A stretch of DNA of 64,000 bases from Microcoleus sp. GTDB lineage: Bacteria; Cyanobacteriota; Cyanobacteriia; Cyanobacteriales; Microcoleaceae. The notes under the pieces were generated by a model, which made no database searches, was not told the origin of the DNA, and saw only the letters and a program-made list of their open reading frames with translations. Shown here piece by piece: positions 1 through 9,979 of this stretch; within the stretch, counting starts at the first letter, position 1; every line of letters starts with the position of its first letter. The stretch covers positions 320,001 through 384,000 of the forward strand of contig JAYFMW010000030.1 of assembly GCA_042408215.1 (NCBI GenBank). The letters run 5' to 3'. A program made the translations under genes and the position numbers.

Positions 1-1
1 A

Positions 2-862
2 TTGCGCCAACAGCATCAACTCCAAGCTCAGATTTACGACACCATGCACAATTTGCTGCACCAGTTCAAAAGTCCGCTGACAGCGTTGCGAACTTTTGGC
101 AAGCTGTTGATGAGGCGGCTGGTGCCGGAAGACAGAAACCGCGATGTAGCTTCTAGTATTGTCCGGGAGAGCGATCGCTTGCAAGATTTGCTGTTACAGT
201 TCGATCGAACCGTGGACACCGGCGAAGCGAATCAGAGACTGCCATCTGGTACTTCAGACAGGGCAAAGTCCAATCTTGGATTAATTCCCCATTCTCCTCT
301 GTCGCTGTCACCTGCGGCGAATGTAGAGGCATCCTGTTCGGTTGCAGAAGTTTTAAAACCGCTGTTAATTTCAGCCGAGGCGATCGCCAATGAAAGACAC
401 CTGAAATTGCTGGCCGATATTCCTGTGGATTTGCTACCAGTCAGGGCTAATCCTAAAGCTTTGCGGGAAGTTTTGAGCAATTTAATTGACAATGCTTTGA
501 AATACACCCCCGCCGACCGCCAAATTTATATTAAAGTAGGGTACAAGACAGTGTTCGGCGATCGCAGCGCCTACAGCAAAAGGCAGGCCATAGCAGTTGC
601 TGTCAGCGACACCGGTCCGGGAATTCCCCCGCAGGATTTAGAGCATTTATTTGAGCGGCACTACCGGGGAGAAAAAGCGCAGACAGCAATTCCCGGAACA
701 GGATTGGGTTTAGCGATCGCCCGCGATTTAGTCCGCCAAATGCAAGGAGACATAGAAGTATTTTCCCCAGTCAATCCTGAATGGCTACCCTCTGTGGGGT
801 CTCATTTATACCCAACCGATCGCGGCACTACATTCGTGGTTTGGCTACCGCTTAATAAGTAA
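2..862 (+). CDS. Sensor histidine kinase, 5'-truncated by window edge (HisKA + HATPase_c; Hik2/CSK-like)
   Basis: H-box LLHQFKSPLTALRTFGKLL, N-box NLIDNALKY, G1 DTGPGI, G2 GTGLGLAI; the H-box resembles the cyanobacterial Hik2 family. Confidence 0.85.
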   Translation: MRQQHQLQAQIYDTMHNLLHQFKSPLTALRTFGKLLMRRLVPEDRNRDVASSIVRESDRLQDLLLQFDRTVDTGEANQRLPSGTSDRAKSNLGLIPHSPLSLSPAANVEASCSVAEVLKPLLISAEAIANERHLKLLADIPVDLLPVRANPKALREVLSNLIDNALKYTPADRQIYIKVGYKTVFGDRSAYSKRQAIAVAVSDTGPGIPPQDLEHLFERHYRGEKAQTAIPGTGLGLAIARDLVRQMQGDIEVFSPVNPEWLPSVGSHLYPTDRGTTFVVWLPLNK

Positions 863-875
863 AGCGCTCTATTAC

Positions 876-1583
876 TTGGAGACATTTTCTATGAAGCACC
901 AGCCTTTATTTGATAAAATTTCCAATTTTTCAAATTCTTTAGAATTTATCAAAAAACACTTTTTTAGAGTCCCATTTTTGGTCGCTTTCAACACTCTGAC
1001 TATACTAATGTTGGGTGGACTGAGCATATATGCCAAACTCAAAAACCAGGGAGATGGAGTTGAACGCCTGTTTAGCGATCCGTTTAATTTCTGGTTCCCT
1101 TACGAAGGCATTTTAACAGGATTTTCCGAAGTCCTGTGGTGCGTCGCCGTCACAACTTGTGCATTTACTTTCGGAGTGCTTCGCCAAAACAAATCCCGCA
1201 TTCGAGCCGAGAGCTTCTTATTTTTTAGTGCTTTATTGCTGGGAGTGTTTTTTCTGGATGACAGATTTCGGATGACTTTGATTCTTTCTGGTTTGGGGGT
1301 ATCTAAGAAATTAATTTATTTATGTTATGCGAGTGGAATCATCGTTTACGGAGTTAAGTTTTGGAGGTTCATCATCACCACTTCTTACTTGCCATTAATC
1401 GCAGCATTTATTTTATTTGCAATTTCCAGATTTGAAGATATATTTCCCGCCCAAAGTCAAGGAGTCCACGCAATGTTAGAAGATGGAACTAAGTTATTAG
1501 CTCTGCTCAATTTAGCGCTGTATTTTTGGCACGTATGTCATCAAGAAATTTGGCGCAATTTGCAGCAGAGTGAAGAGAATTAA
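876..1583 (+). CDS. Multi-pass membrane protein of unknown function
   Basis: 235-aa ORF with about 6-7 hydrophobic segments; start could be ATG at 891. Confidence 0.7.
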   Translation: METFSMKHQPLFDKISNFSNSLEFIKKHFFRVPFLVAFNTLTILMLGGLSIYAKLKNQGDGVERLFSDPFNFWFPYEGILTGFSEVLWCVAVTTCAFTFGVLRQNKSRIRAESFLFFSALLLGVFFLDDRFRMTLILSGLGVSKKLIYLCYASGIIVYGVKFWRFIITTSYLPLIAAFILFAISRFEDIFPAQSQGVHAMLEDGTKLLALLNLALYFWHVCHQEIWRNLQQSEEN

Positions 1584-1603
1584 TCCCAGCTAATTTTCCA
1601 CGA

Positions 1604-1717
1604 TCTCAATTCCGGTTGCACCGTCAGGTGATTGTTGAGGGTTGACAGTTGACAGTTAACAGTTAACAGTTAACTGTTAACTCGAATTTACTATTCCGAT
1701 GAAGAGAGGATTTTATC
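1604..1717. mobile_element. Degenerate copy of TATC..GATA MITE family
   Basis: Left end TCTCAATTCCGGTTGCACCG nearly identical to the copy at 44144; decayed right end TTCCGATG...TTTTATC; flanks CGA/TGA. Confidence 0.6.
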
Positions 1718-1729
1718 TGACATGATCGG

Positions 1730-1870
1730 CGCTCGACTTCTTGCCGCCTTTTCCAGCCTGAAGATTGATCTGCGAGGTTGTTTCTGCCTTCTGCTTGAGT
1801 TGAAAGTTGCAAAAAAAGAATTGGCTGGTGTTAGGCTTGGATGAAGTCGATCGACTTTTTCAATATCCTA
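1730..1870 (+). pseudogene. Fragment of an AAA-like (AAA_35-type) ATPase domain gene
   Basis: Peptide WLVLGLDEVDRLFQYP matches the Walker-B region of cyanobacterial AAA-like proteins; it runs straight into a heptamer array. Confidence 0.5.
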
Positions 1871-1882
1871 AAAACAAAATGC

Positions 1883-1989
1883 CCAATTACCAATTACCAA
1901 TTACCAATTACCAATTACCAATTACCAATTACCAATTACCAATTACCAATTACCAATTACCAATTACCAATTACCAATTACCAATTACC
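1883..1989. repeat. STRR-type heptamer array (CCAATTA)n, about 15 copies
   Basis: Seen directly. Confidence 0.95.
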
Positions 1990-2214
1990 CATGCCCCATC
2001 CCGGAGCAACGCTAGAGCCCAATTCTCATCTCCTGTTGTTTAGATTTTTTTTAAGCTGTCAAATTCCGCGCCCGTCGAGCTGGAAAGCCAAGGAGTTTGA
2101 CACCACGTCTCAATCGGCTGAGTCAGGCGATTTGAGATTGTCGATCGAAATCGGAAAGCACCCGCCAGAATGTCCAAAATTATTGATATTTTGCATTTAG
2201 GTGCTGTCTACATC

Positions 2215-2243
2215 TTGACAAAATACCCCCCAAGTGATAAAAT
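2215..2243 (+). promoter_or_regulatory. Sigma70-type promoter
   Basis: TTGACA-N17-TAAAAT with extended -10 TG, about 105 nt upstream of ORF 2349. Confidence 0.6.
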
Positions 2244-2348
2244 AAGTAAAACTTTTGATGAGGACGTAGACTGTCCCACCAAAAAACTAGCGCTTCTGAA
2301 GTTAAAAAACAGTTAAAAACAAAATATTGACTCTTGTAGATACCAACC

Positions 2349-2543
2349 ATGCAGACTCAAACTTCCCCATTTCTCACCGAACAAATAGTTAGTCGCATAT
2401 TTGCGACAGGCGAACTGAGCCGTGCTGACAGACAAAAGATTCAGTCAGCACTCTTAAATGATTCCATCGACGAAAATGAATTGAGTCTAATAGAAAAAAT
2501 CATGGAGGGAGTGGTCAAGGGAATCCTCGATGTAATGTATTAA
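2349..2543 (+). CDS. Small hypothetical protein (64 aa)
   Basis: ATG ORF with an upstream promoter and a downstream hairpin; resembles cyanobacterial small helical proteins. Confidence 0.65.
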   Translation: MQTQTSPFLTEQIVSRIFATGELSRADRQKIQSALLNDSIDENELSLIEKIMEGVVKGILDVMY

Positions 2544-2551
2544 TAATAGCC

Positions 2552-2584
2552 AGATCCCCGACTTCTTAAAGAAGTCGGGGATCT
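2552..2584. terminator. Near-perfect palindrome between convergent genes (bidirectional terminator or short dispersed repeat)
   Basis: AGATCCCCGACTTCTT-A-AAGAAGTCGGGGATCT. Confidence 0.6.
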
Positions 2585-2660
2585 AACATTTTCCTACTGA
2601 TTACTGACTACTGACTACTGACTTCTGCTGTAATATCTCAGACAATCACTACCTAAACTT

Positions 2661-2939
2661 TCAAAAATCCTCATCTGGGCCCTCATCTGAAGTCTCATCA
2701 AGGCGCACAAGTTCAGAAGGGGGTCGATCGCTACTCCAAGCCCACCACACGCAACCGCACTGACAGTGATAAAATTCCTGCCACTTGCGACGGTTAGACT
2801 CAGTGTATACTGGCGATCGCCGATTAATCCAGACACCCAGCGCATCCGTGCAGGTGGCACCGCACTTGGGACAGCAAAACTCAGTAGCGTGAACCGCCGC
2901 CGCAGCCCATTCGGGAGGATGTGGAGCAAAAGCTTCCAT
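2661..2939 (-). CDS. Small Cys-rich (Zn-ribbon-like) conserved cyanobacterial protein
   Basis: CCPKC and CQCG motifs, WINRRSPV, WQEFYHC. Confidence 0.75.
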   Translation of the reverse strand: MEAFAPHPPEWAAAAVHATEFCCPKCGATCTDALGVWINRRSPVYTESNRRKWQEFYHCQCGCVWWAWSSDRPPSELVRLDETSDEGPDEDF

Positions 2940-3300
2940 GTGTTAGAGATTCTAATTAAACTGTTGGTAGTTAACTGTTTGAGGCTTTCAAGACTATTGC
3001 CAACAGTTAAGCTGACAGAAAAGCAAATCTTGAAGTTGAAATCAATTATAATATCACTGGTCTATTTTAAACCTTTACCAGTACCCGATCGCCACATTTA
3101 CACAGGCATTGCACAAATGTTACAGCAAATCAAGGGTGGCCATTGCTTGACGCAAGCTCGCGATCGCATAACTCTGCTGTTAAGTGCATAATCCCGATTA
3201 CAGTTAATTTTTTTGACATTTACTCTCAAATCAAGAGTATAACTGATTTGATACAAGGCATCGGCCAACACTCTTAATTGTTATTTCAAGGATCGGGCGC

Positions 3301-4899
3301 ATGGGTATCTACAATTTTATCTCGTTTCTGGGCATATTTGGCTTGTGCGCGATCGCCTGGATTTTTTCAGAAAACCGACAGTCCAAGTATATTCCCTGGC
3401 GCGTCATCATCTGGGGTATTGGCCTGCAATTAGTCTTGGGATTTTTCATATTCCTGTTTCCCCCAACTCGCATTGCTTTAGAGGGGTTTACTAGCTTACT
3501 AGACGGCGTATTCACCGCTGCTGACGCTGGAGCAAGATTTGTATTCGGCAAAAACATTGTACCAATACCCGGTCAAGACCCGCCAGTTAATTTAGGATAT
3601 ATTTTCGCCTTTCGAGCTTTGCCAACAGTGGTCTTTTTTTCGGGATTAATGGCTTTGCTTTACAACATCGGCGTCATTCAAATTGTTACCGAAGTTTTCG
3701 CCAAAATCTTTTATCTGACAATGCGTTTGAGCGGTGCAGAAGCTCTCAGCGGTGCTGCCAATATTTTCGTAGGAATAGAAGCAGCAATTGTCGTCAAGCC
3801 TTATTTGGCAGACATGACTCGTTCTGAACTTTGTGCAATTCTCTCTTGCTGTTTTGGGACGGCTGCTTCTTCAACTTTAGCAATTTACGTCAGTTTCCTC
3901 AAGCCAGTTTTTCCAAATATTTTAGGGCATTTAGTTTCAGCTTCAATTATTGCGATTCCGGCTTGCTTTGTCCTCTCTAAAATCTTAGTTCCCGAAACAG
4001 GCGTGCCGCTGACAATGGGCGGCATTCCCAAGGAAGAACGAAAGCCTCAAGGCCACGAGTTTATCGGTGAAGAAATTACCGAAAATGACGGCAATAACCA
4101 TAAACAAGAGACAGTTGGTGGAGAACCAATCGAACGAGTTAGCCCTTTGGATGCAGCAATCATCGGCGCCTTAGACGGGGTAAAGATGGCAGTGGCGATC
4201 GCAGCGGTTTTGATTTTGATTTTAGGCTTGGTTTCCTTGGTAAATCAAGCTTTTGGAGCCTTAGCTAGCTTGCAGTCTTCAGAGAATATACTGTTGCAGC
4301 CGATCGGCACAATCTTCAGTTTTGTCACCCTACAAAACATTCAAGGAGCCTTATTTTACCCCCTGACTTTATTAACCGGAGTTCCCCTTGAAGATTCTTG
4401 GATAGCTTCAGTAATTATCGGACGGCGACTATTAGAAACAGCGATTCCCCCTTACCAAAGTTTAGCAGAAGCGGCGGCGAAAGGACTGGTGAGTTCTCGC
4501 ACAGTATTAATTGTCAGTTACGCCCTTTCCGGCTTCGCGCACCTCGCCTCCGTCGGCATATTTGTCGGCGGCACAATCGCCCTAATTCCTTCTCGCCGGA
4601 AAGACATTTCCGAACTTGGTTGGAAAGCATTATTTGTCGGCACCTTAGCCACAATGATGATTGCTTGTATTGCCGGCTTATTTGACACTGGAGACCCCAG
4701 CATTTTAGGCGCTAAAACAGCCCCCGCTGCCCCGCTAACAGCACCAGTTTCCCCAAAACCGCCGGCACCCCAAGGCGTTAATTCAACGCCGTCAGTTGCT
4801 CCAGCAATTGCCAGTCCGAAGCCCTCCCCTAATGGTGAAAAAGCGAGTCCAAAAGCTAATAGTAAATCTCCCTCTCCAGAATCCAAGAAAAGCCCTTAA
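3301..4899 (+). CDS. Concentrative nucleoside transporter (NupC/CNT family) with Pro-rich C-tail
   Basis: Motifs FAFRALPTVVFFS, SGAEALSGAANIFVG, YALSGFAHLASVGI. Confidence 0.9.
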   Translation: MGIYNFISFLGIFGLCAIAWIFSENRQSKYIPWRVIIWGIGLQLVLGFFIFLFPPTRIALEGFTSLLDGVFTAADAGARFVFGKNIVPIPGQDPPVNLGYIFAFRALPTVVFFSGLMALLYNIGVIQIVTEVFAKIFYLTMRLSGAEALSGAANIFVGIEAAIVVKPYLADMTRSELCAILSCCFGTAASSTLAIYVSFLKPVFPNILGHLVSASIIAIPACFVLSKILVPETGVPLTMGGIPKEERKPQGHEFIGEEITENDGNNHKQETVGGEPIERVSPLDAAIIGALDGVKMAVAIAAVLILILGLVSLVNQAFGALASLQSSENILLQPIGTIFSFVTLQNIQGALFYPLTLLTGVPLEDSWIASVIIGRRLLETAIPPYQSLAEAAAKGLVSSRTVLIVSYALSGFAHLASVGIFVGGTIALIPSRRKDISELGWKALFVGTLATMMIACIAGLFDTGDPSILGAKTAPAAPLTAPVSPKPPAPQGVNSTPSVAPAIASPKPSPNGEKASPKANSKSPSPESKKSP

Positions 4900-4916
4900 T
4901 ATCTTCTAAGAACTCC

Positions 4917-5163
4917 GTAGTGGCGGGTTTGAGAGATTGTCAATTATTGACAAATATTGTAGGTGAAACCCGCCCCTACAATTCTGTGAAAAATGTACGC
5001 GGGGATTTATCTTTGGGTGAGGGCGGGTTTGAGAGATTGTCGATTATTGACAAATATTCTAGGTGAAACCCGCCCCTACAAGCGGGGATTTATCTTTGGG
5101 TGAGGGCGGGTTTGAGAGATTGTTAATTATTGACAAATATTGTAGGTGAAACCCGCCCCTACA
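4917..5163. repeat. Three tandem copies of a ~64-bp REP-like inverted-repeat unit
   Basis: GGCGGGTTTGAGAG...GAAACCCGCCCCTACA at ~4917, ~5018 and ~5100; a reverse, degenerate copy lies at ~8082-8140. Confidence 0.85.
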
Positions 5164-5277
5164 AGCCCCTGACATATATTATTGTTTTTATGCGGATGCA
5201 ATCACCAATTCCCAATTCCCCATTACCCATTACCAATTCCCCATTACCAATTCCCCATTACCAATTCCCGAAAATTT

Positions 5278-5883
5278 ATGAATCCCGAACCTGAAATTCG
5301 CCGCCTATTAGATCTCATGCCCGCCTCGGGCAGGATGATGAGTAAAATTATTAATAAGCCTCAACAATCGACGGTAATTGAGTGCGATTTTCCTTTACCT
5401 TGGAATCGCGATCGCCCAATTTACATTAATTTTGACCTGTGGAGGCTTTTGTCTAAGCCGGAGCGGGATTTATTGACATTGCGTACTGTAAGTTTCCTCG
5501 GCAATTTTAAGTGGTTTAAACTGGATGTTTATCAAGGGGCTGCACTAGCTGGAATTGTCGGAACCGTTGTAGAATTGTGGCAAAGCGATCCGGTGGGAAT
5601 TGCGATCGCGGGCGGTTTGACGGGACTGGCGATGACTCGAATTTGGCGCGACAACCGCAGTTCTCAAGTAGAATTAGATGCGGATGAAACGGCGATTCGC
5701 GTGGCTCTAAGGCGTGGTTACAGCGAAGGAGAAGCCGCCAGACATTTGTTGTCAGCGATTGAAGCTGTGGCGCAGATTGAACAGCGCAGTTTGGATTTTA
5801 ACGAGTTGATTCGGTGTCAAAACTTAAAGGTGATATCGAATATTTCGGCGGTGGGTGTGCCCGATAGTGTTAGGAAAGATTGA
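5278..5883 (+). CDS. DUF3318-like protein
   Basis: MNPEPEIRRLLDLMPASGRM N-terminus and ELDADE..A..RRGY motif; the upstream extension in the ORF track is heptamer repeat. Confidence 0.8.
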   Translation: MNPEPEIRRLLDLMPASGRMMSKIINKPQQSTVIECDFPLPWNRDRPIYINFDLWRLLSKPERDLLTLRTVSFLGNFKWFKLDVYQGAALAGIVGTVVELWQSDPVGIAIAGGLTGLAMTRIWRDNRSSQVELDADETAIRVALRRGYSEGEAARHLLSAIEAVAQIEQRSLDFNELIRCQNLKVISNISAVGVPDSVRKD

Positions 5884-5906
5884 AAATACTATTTCACAAA
5901 CGATCG

Positions 5907-6750
5907 ATCGTGAGTCCCGCAGCCAAAGGACACAAAAGTGTTGTGTCCCTACAGATTAATATTTATTGTACCATTTGTAGGGACACGGCACTGCCGTGTC
6001 CTTGGAAGAAATCGGATAATAATTGTTATATTTAACGACTTACAGCCAATTCAAAAACAATCGTGAGTCCCGCAGCCAAAGGACACAACAGTGTTGTGTC
6101 CCTACAGATTAATATTTATTGTACCATTTGTAGGGACACGGCACTGCCGTGTCCTTGGAATAAATCGGATAATAATTGTTATATTTAACGACTTACAGCC
6201 AATTCAAAAACAATCGTGAGTCCCGCAGCCAAAGGACACAACAGTGTTGTGTCCCTACAGATTAATATTTATTGTACCATTTGTAGGGACACGGCACTGC
6301 CGTGTCCTTGGAAGAAATCGGATAATAATTGTTATATTTAACGACTTACAGCCAATTCAAAAACAATCGTGAGTCCCGCAGCCAAAGGACACAACAGTGT
6401 TGTGTCCCTACAGATTAATATTTATTGTACCATTTGTAGGGACACGGCACTGCCGTGTCCTTGGAAGAAATCGGATAATAATTGTTATATTTAACGACTT
6501 ACAGCCAATTCAAAAACAATCGTGAGTCCCGCAGCCAAAGGACACAACAGTGTTGTGTCCCTACAGATTAATATTTATTGTACCATTTGTAGGGACACGG
6601 CACTGCCGTGTCCTTGGAGGAAATCGGATAAGAATTATTATATTTAACGACTTACAGCCAATTCAAAAACAATCGTGAGTCCCGCAGCCAAAGGACACAA
6701 CAGTGTTGTGTCCCTACAGATTAATATTTATTGTACCATTTGTAGGGACA
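5907..6750. repeat. Tandem array of 153-bp units (5.5 copies), each with two inverted GTAG-type REP hairpins
   Basis: Unit starts at 5907, 6060, 6213, 6366, 6519, 6672; hairpins GGACACAACAGTGTTGTGTCCCTAC and GTAGGGACACGGCACTGCCGTGTCC. Confidence 0.95.
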
Positions 6751-6757
6751 CTCAAGC

Positions 6758-6974
6758 GTGCCCATTGGTGTCAACTTAAGCCTGAAAGCCCTGAGAAATC
6801 TGGTTTTTACCTGAGTCTAGATCCCCCTAAATCCCCCTTAAGAAGGGGAGTAGGGGGTGACTTTGATCGGACTCCTGTCCCCCCCTTCTTAAGGGGGGTT
6901 AGGGGGGATCTGGCCTTAATCGTCAAACAGTAGTCTGTGACAGGGTTTGGCCTTAAGTTGACACCAATGGGCAC
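6758..6974. mobile_element. MITE with 23-bp inverted ends, interrupting the last REP of the array
   Basis: GTGCCCATTGGTGTCAACTTAAG ... CTTAAGTTGACACCAATGGGCAC enclosing CCCCCTTAAGAAGGGGG palindromes; related copy at ~56425-56648. Confidence 0.85.
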
Positions 6975-7456
6975 TGCCGTGTCCTTTACAGCACTTAACA
7001 AGACTAAAAACTGCCTCGAAAGTCATATTTTTTATAAAAAAATGTTCTATCGCTCTAATTTTAGCATTCATGCTACTAACATTGCAGCTTTTTTGAAAAC
7101 CTTACATGAATTTTGAGCGTAACTGTTTGTTTTCGGCACTTCATAACGGTTTTTAGTGCTTGTATTTGCATTTTAAACGCCTATTTTGAACGTTTATTTT
7201 GAGCAATTAAATAAAAATTTATGGCAAGTTTTTTAATATTAAATTATGTAAAATAATGAATTCAAATTTGATTTGCGTCCTAAGATAACGTCATTGCTCA
7301 ACTCGATATAGTTTCCGATGGCCCTCCGGCAATCGAGAAAAAATCATCAGTTAGGACACATATTTATTGCAGTAGCTCGATACTCGATCGCGCTCGCACT
7401 CGCGTGCAAGTCTGTCACAGTCCTATGAGCAAACATACCCAATTTACAATACAGCC

Positions 7457-7867
7457 ATGAACACCCCAGAAACTCCCAATGCTTGGATTATTTACCGACT
7501 CCTGCCCAACTTTCAGCGCTTACCCGTCGCGCAATTTCGCAGCCGCAGTGAAGCAGAATCTTCCCTGAAAGCCATCCGGGAACTGCTACCCAATAGCGAA
7601 TTCATACTTGCTTTCGAGGTTGGGCTAGAAAATCCAACTAACGAACTCATTCAGCCCCCTGCTAAAGAGCAAAACTTGCCAAGTTCAGTTAACCGAGAAC
7701 TCTTGAAACTTTTCATTATCAGTTCTCCTCCTGTTGTTTCCCGCGTCATTCATTCTTTTCACCGCGATAATTTTGCCTGCGTTTCTGACTGGAGTCCCCT
7801 TATCCCAACTCAAAATCCCGGTGAAGTGATGAGCCTCTTAATTAAATATTTTGCCGCTAACTCTTAG
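7457..7867 (+). CDS. Hypothetical protein, apparently two small cyanobacterial domains fused
   Basis: N-part WIIYRLLPNFQRLPVAQFRSRSEAE; C-part IHSFHRDNFACVSDWSPL. Confidence 0.65.
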   Translation: MNTPETPNAWIIYRLLPNFQRLPVAQFRSRSEAESSLKAIRELLPNSEFILAFEVGLENPTNELIQPPAKEQNLPSSVNRELLKLFIISSPPVVSRVIHSFHRDNFACVSDWSPLIPTQNPGEVMSLLIKYFAANS

Positions 7868-7970
7868 CATTCGATCGAACAGTCTCGATCGTATTGATAG
7901 CGGTAAGGTGTGCACTGTACACCCTACATCTGAACAACTCATCATATCATCTCCAGTCGATTAACCCTAA

Positions 7971-8072
7971 CAGGACTTACGCGCGGGGGGCAAAAAACCC
8001 GGTTTCTACGTCAAGATTTCTCGATTTTATCCAGAATTTCTCTCAGAAACCGGGTTTTTTGCGTAAGTTCTG
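7971..8072. mobile_element. MITE with CAGGACTTACGC termini and 5-bp target duplication
   Basis: CCTAA-[CAGGACTTACGC...GCGTAAGTTCTG]-CCTAA. Confidence 0.85.
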
Positions 8073-8168
8073 CCTAATATGGTAGGGGCGAGCGATGCCA
8101 ACAATATCTGCCAATAATTGACGATCTCAAAAACCAGCCCCGGCTTTTAATCGCGGTCGTTCGCCGAT

Positions 8169-9965
8169 TTAATCACAATGATAAACTTGATATTCATACC
8201 CATCTACTGATGGCAAATCACGAGATTCAAGTTGACACTTTTGCGCTTCTAAGTTGACAGGTGCGCGAAAATTAATCAACCACAAATCTAGCGGACGTTG
8301 CAATTTGCTAAGTGTTTTGTCAAGAGTCGCTGCTACTAATTCCGGTGTCTTCCTTTGATGATTAGCCAAAAGAAATAGAGGAGAATCCGAAAGTTGAACT
8401 TCCTCCTTCTTCCTGACCTCTGTTACATCCGTTACATCCGTTACAGAATCCGTTGCCGAACTTTCCCATTCCCACCCTATCCCCATCAATTCTCCGATTT
8501 CTACATGAGTTTTCTGAGTAGTAGCAATCAACAGGGGAACTTTCGATACTTCGCGGATCATCGGAACTAAAAGGTCCGGTTTGTAATATTTCCGATAACC
8601 GAGATTAGAATTTACTGTGACACCGCCGATCAAACCCATTAATAAAATTAGCAAAACTGCTTTTTTGCCAGCAATTTTGATAGGTAAATTAAACCATTGA
8701 CTTTTTACTGTAGGTGTGTTAAAAATAACTGCCAAGGCTGAACCTAACAATAAGATTACCCCTGGAAAGTAAACAAAATTGTATCTAGCGCCGCGAGTTA
8801 GGTCAATACCAAGAATATATGTAAAACTAAAAAATAGCACAATTGCTGCTAGTACAAATCCGCCGAAAATCACTGTGCCTAAACGATTATCTTCCGTTTT
8901 TAAGGAAGTTTTAATACCGCCAATCAGCAGGGGAAGCGCCCAGATAAAATAGATTGTCATGGCGATTAAAGACACAATTACTACTGGGAGATTTGGCGAT
9001 TCAACGGGCAGCAAAGATATCACAGTAATCCATCCCGCCACAGCTTGAAAAATCGGACTTATCCAATCTAACCACGAGTTATCGCTACTCACAATCCAAT
9101 TGGTTAATTCGTTGCCATACTTGTTGGATAAAAATATCGGCATCCAAAATAAACCGCCCGCAACCGTGCCGATCGCAACTGCCAATAATCGCCAGAGGAT
9201 TTGAGATTGCCAAATATTAGGCTGATTTTTGTTAGCTTCAAATTCACTGTTTAAAATTGATAATTTCCAATTAAATTGCTGCGATAACACAGCAATTAAC
9301 GCTATTGCTTCCGCACACAAAGTCAGGGCAAAAAAGTAGTGTACTGCCAGACCAAAACAGTTAAAAAATACCCATAATATCACCGTCGAAACTGGCAATG
9401 ACTCGCGATGTTTAACCTGTTTTGCAGCTAATATAAAGCAAAATAGAGAAGCAATAACTAATAAAATCCCTAAGGTGTAATGGCGAGCTTCTTGAGCGAG
9501 ATAAATGCCGTAGGGAGAAACTGCCATCATCGCGGCCGCACATTGACCAACTAAACTAGAATTGAAAGCAAATTTGCCCAAAAAGTAAATAGCTGGAACT
9601 GAAATTACACCCAATAATGCTGGGAGCGATCGCGCAATCCAAACTAAACTATCCCCAGAAGGCCCAAACAGTCGCATCCACCAGTGGGCGAGCATAAAAT
9701 ACACTGGTGGATGATTGCTTTCTAGCAACAAATTGCTGAGTACGTCGGTAGTGTCGGCATCGGGGCTCCATTGCAGCGGTTCTAGTAAAGTAGAAAGATC
9801 GATCGCCCGATCGATCGGCACCCCTCGAAAACTGTTTCCCAAACTAAAAACTAGAGTCGAAAACTCATCCGTCCACAGCGGTTTCGAGTCCAAATTGGCA
9901 AAGCGCAACATCAAGGCGATCGCCGTCCACAGTAATAGCAATAACAATTGTTGGTTCTTAATCAT
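8169..9965 (-). CDS. GT-C (family 39/PMT-like) membrane glycosyltransferase
   Basis: LWTDE, NHPPVYF and AQEARHY motifs; many TM segments. Confidence 0.85.
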   Translation of the reverse strand: MIKNQQLLLLLLWTAIALMLRFANLDSKPLWTDEFSTLVFSLGNSFRGVPIDRAIDLSTLLEPLQWSPDADTTDVLSNLLLESNHPPVYFMLAHWWMRLFGPSGDSLVWIARSLPALLGVISVPAIYFLGKFAFNSSLVGQCAAAMMAVSPYGIYLAQEARHYTLGILLVIASLFCFILAAKQVKHRESLPVSTVILWVFFNCFGLAVHYFFALTLCAEAIALIAVLSQQFNWKLSILNSEFEANKNQPNIWQSQILWRLLAVAIGTVAGGLFWMPIFLSNKYGNELTNWIVSSDNSWLDWISPIFQAVAGWITVISLLPVESPNLPVVIVSLIAMTIYFIWALPLLIGGIKTSLKTEDNRLGTVIFGGFVLAAIVLFFSFTYILGIDLTRGARYNFVYFPGVILLLGSALAVIFNTPTVKSQWFNLPIKIAGKKAVLLILLMGLIGGVTVNSNLGYRKYYKPDLLVPMIREVSKVPLLIATTQKTHVEIGELMGIGWEWESSATDSVTDVTDVTEVRKKEEVQLSDSPLFLLANHQRKTPELVAATLDKTLSKLQRPLDLWLINFRAPVNLEAQKCQLESRDLPSVDGYEYQVYHCD

Positions 9966-9979
9966 TAATTCTCCATTAC

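Noticed and set aside
1807..2200. ORFs 1807..2043 and 1841..2200 as genes
   Set aside because: Open mainly because of the CCAATTA array (PITNYQL repeats).
3213..3243. Sigma70 promoter for the nucleoside transporter
   Set aside because: TTGACA and TATAAC are 19 nt apart, too weak to list as a feature.
5907..6750. CRISPR array
   Set aside because: The inter-hairpin sequences are identical between units, the period is 153 bp and no cas genes are present.
6703..7001. Short ORFs with PLLKGDLGG-type peptides (also 56488..56691)
   Set aside because: Translations of MITE palindromes.
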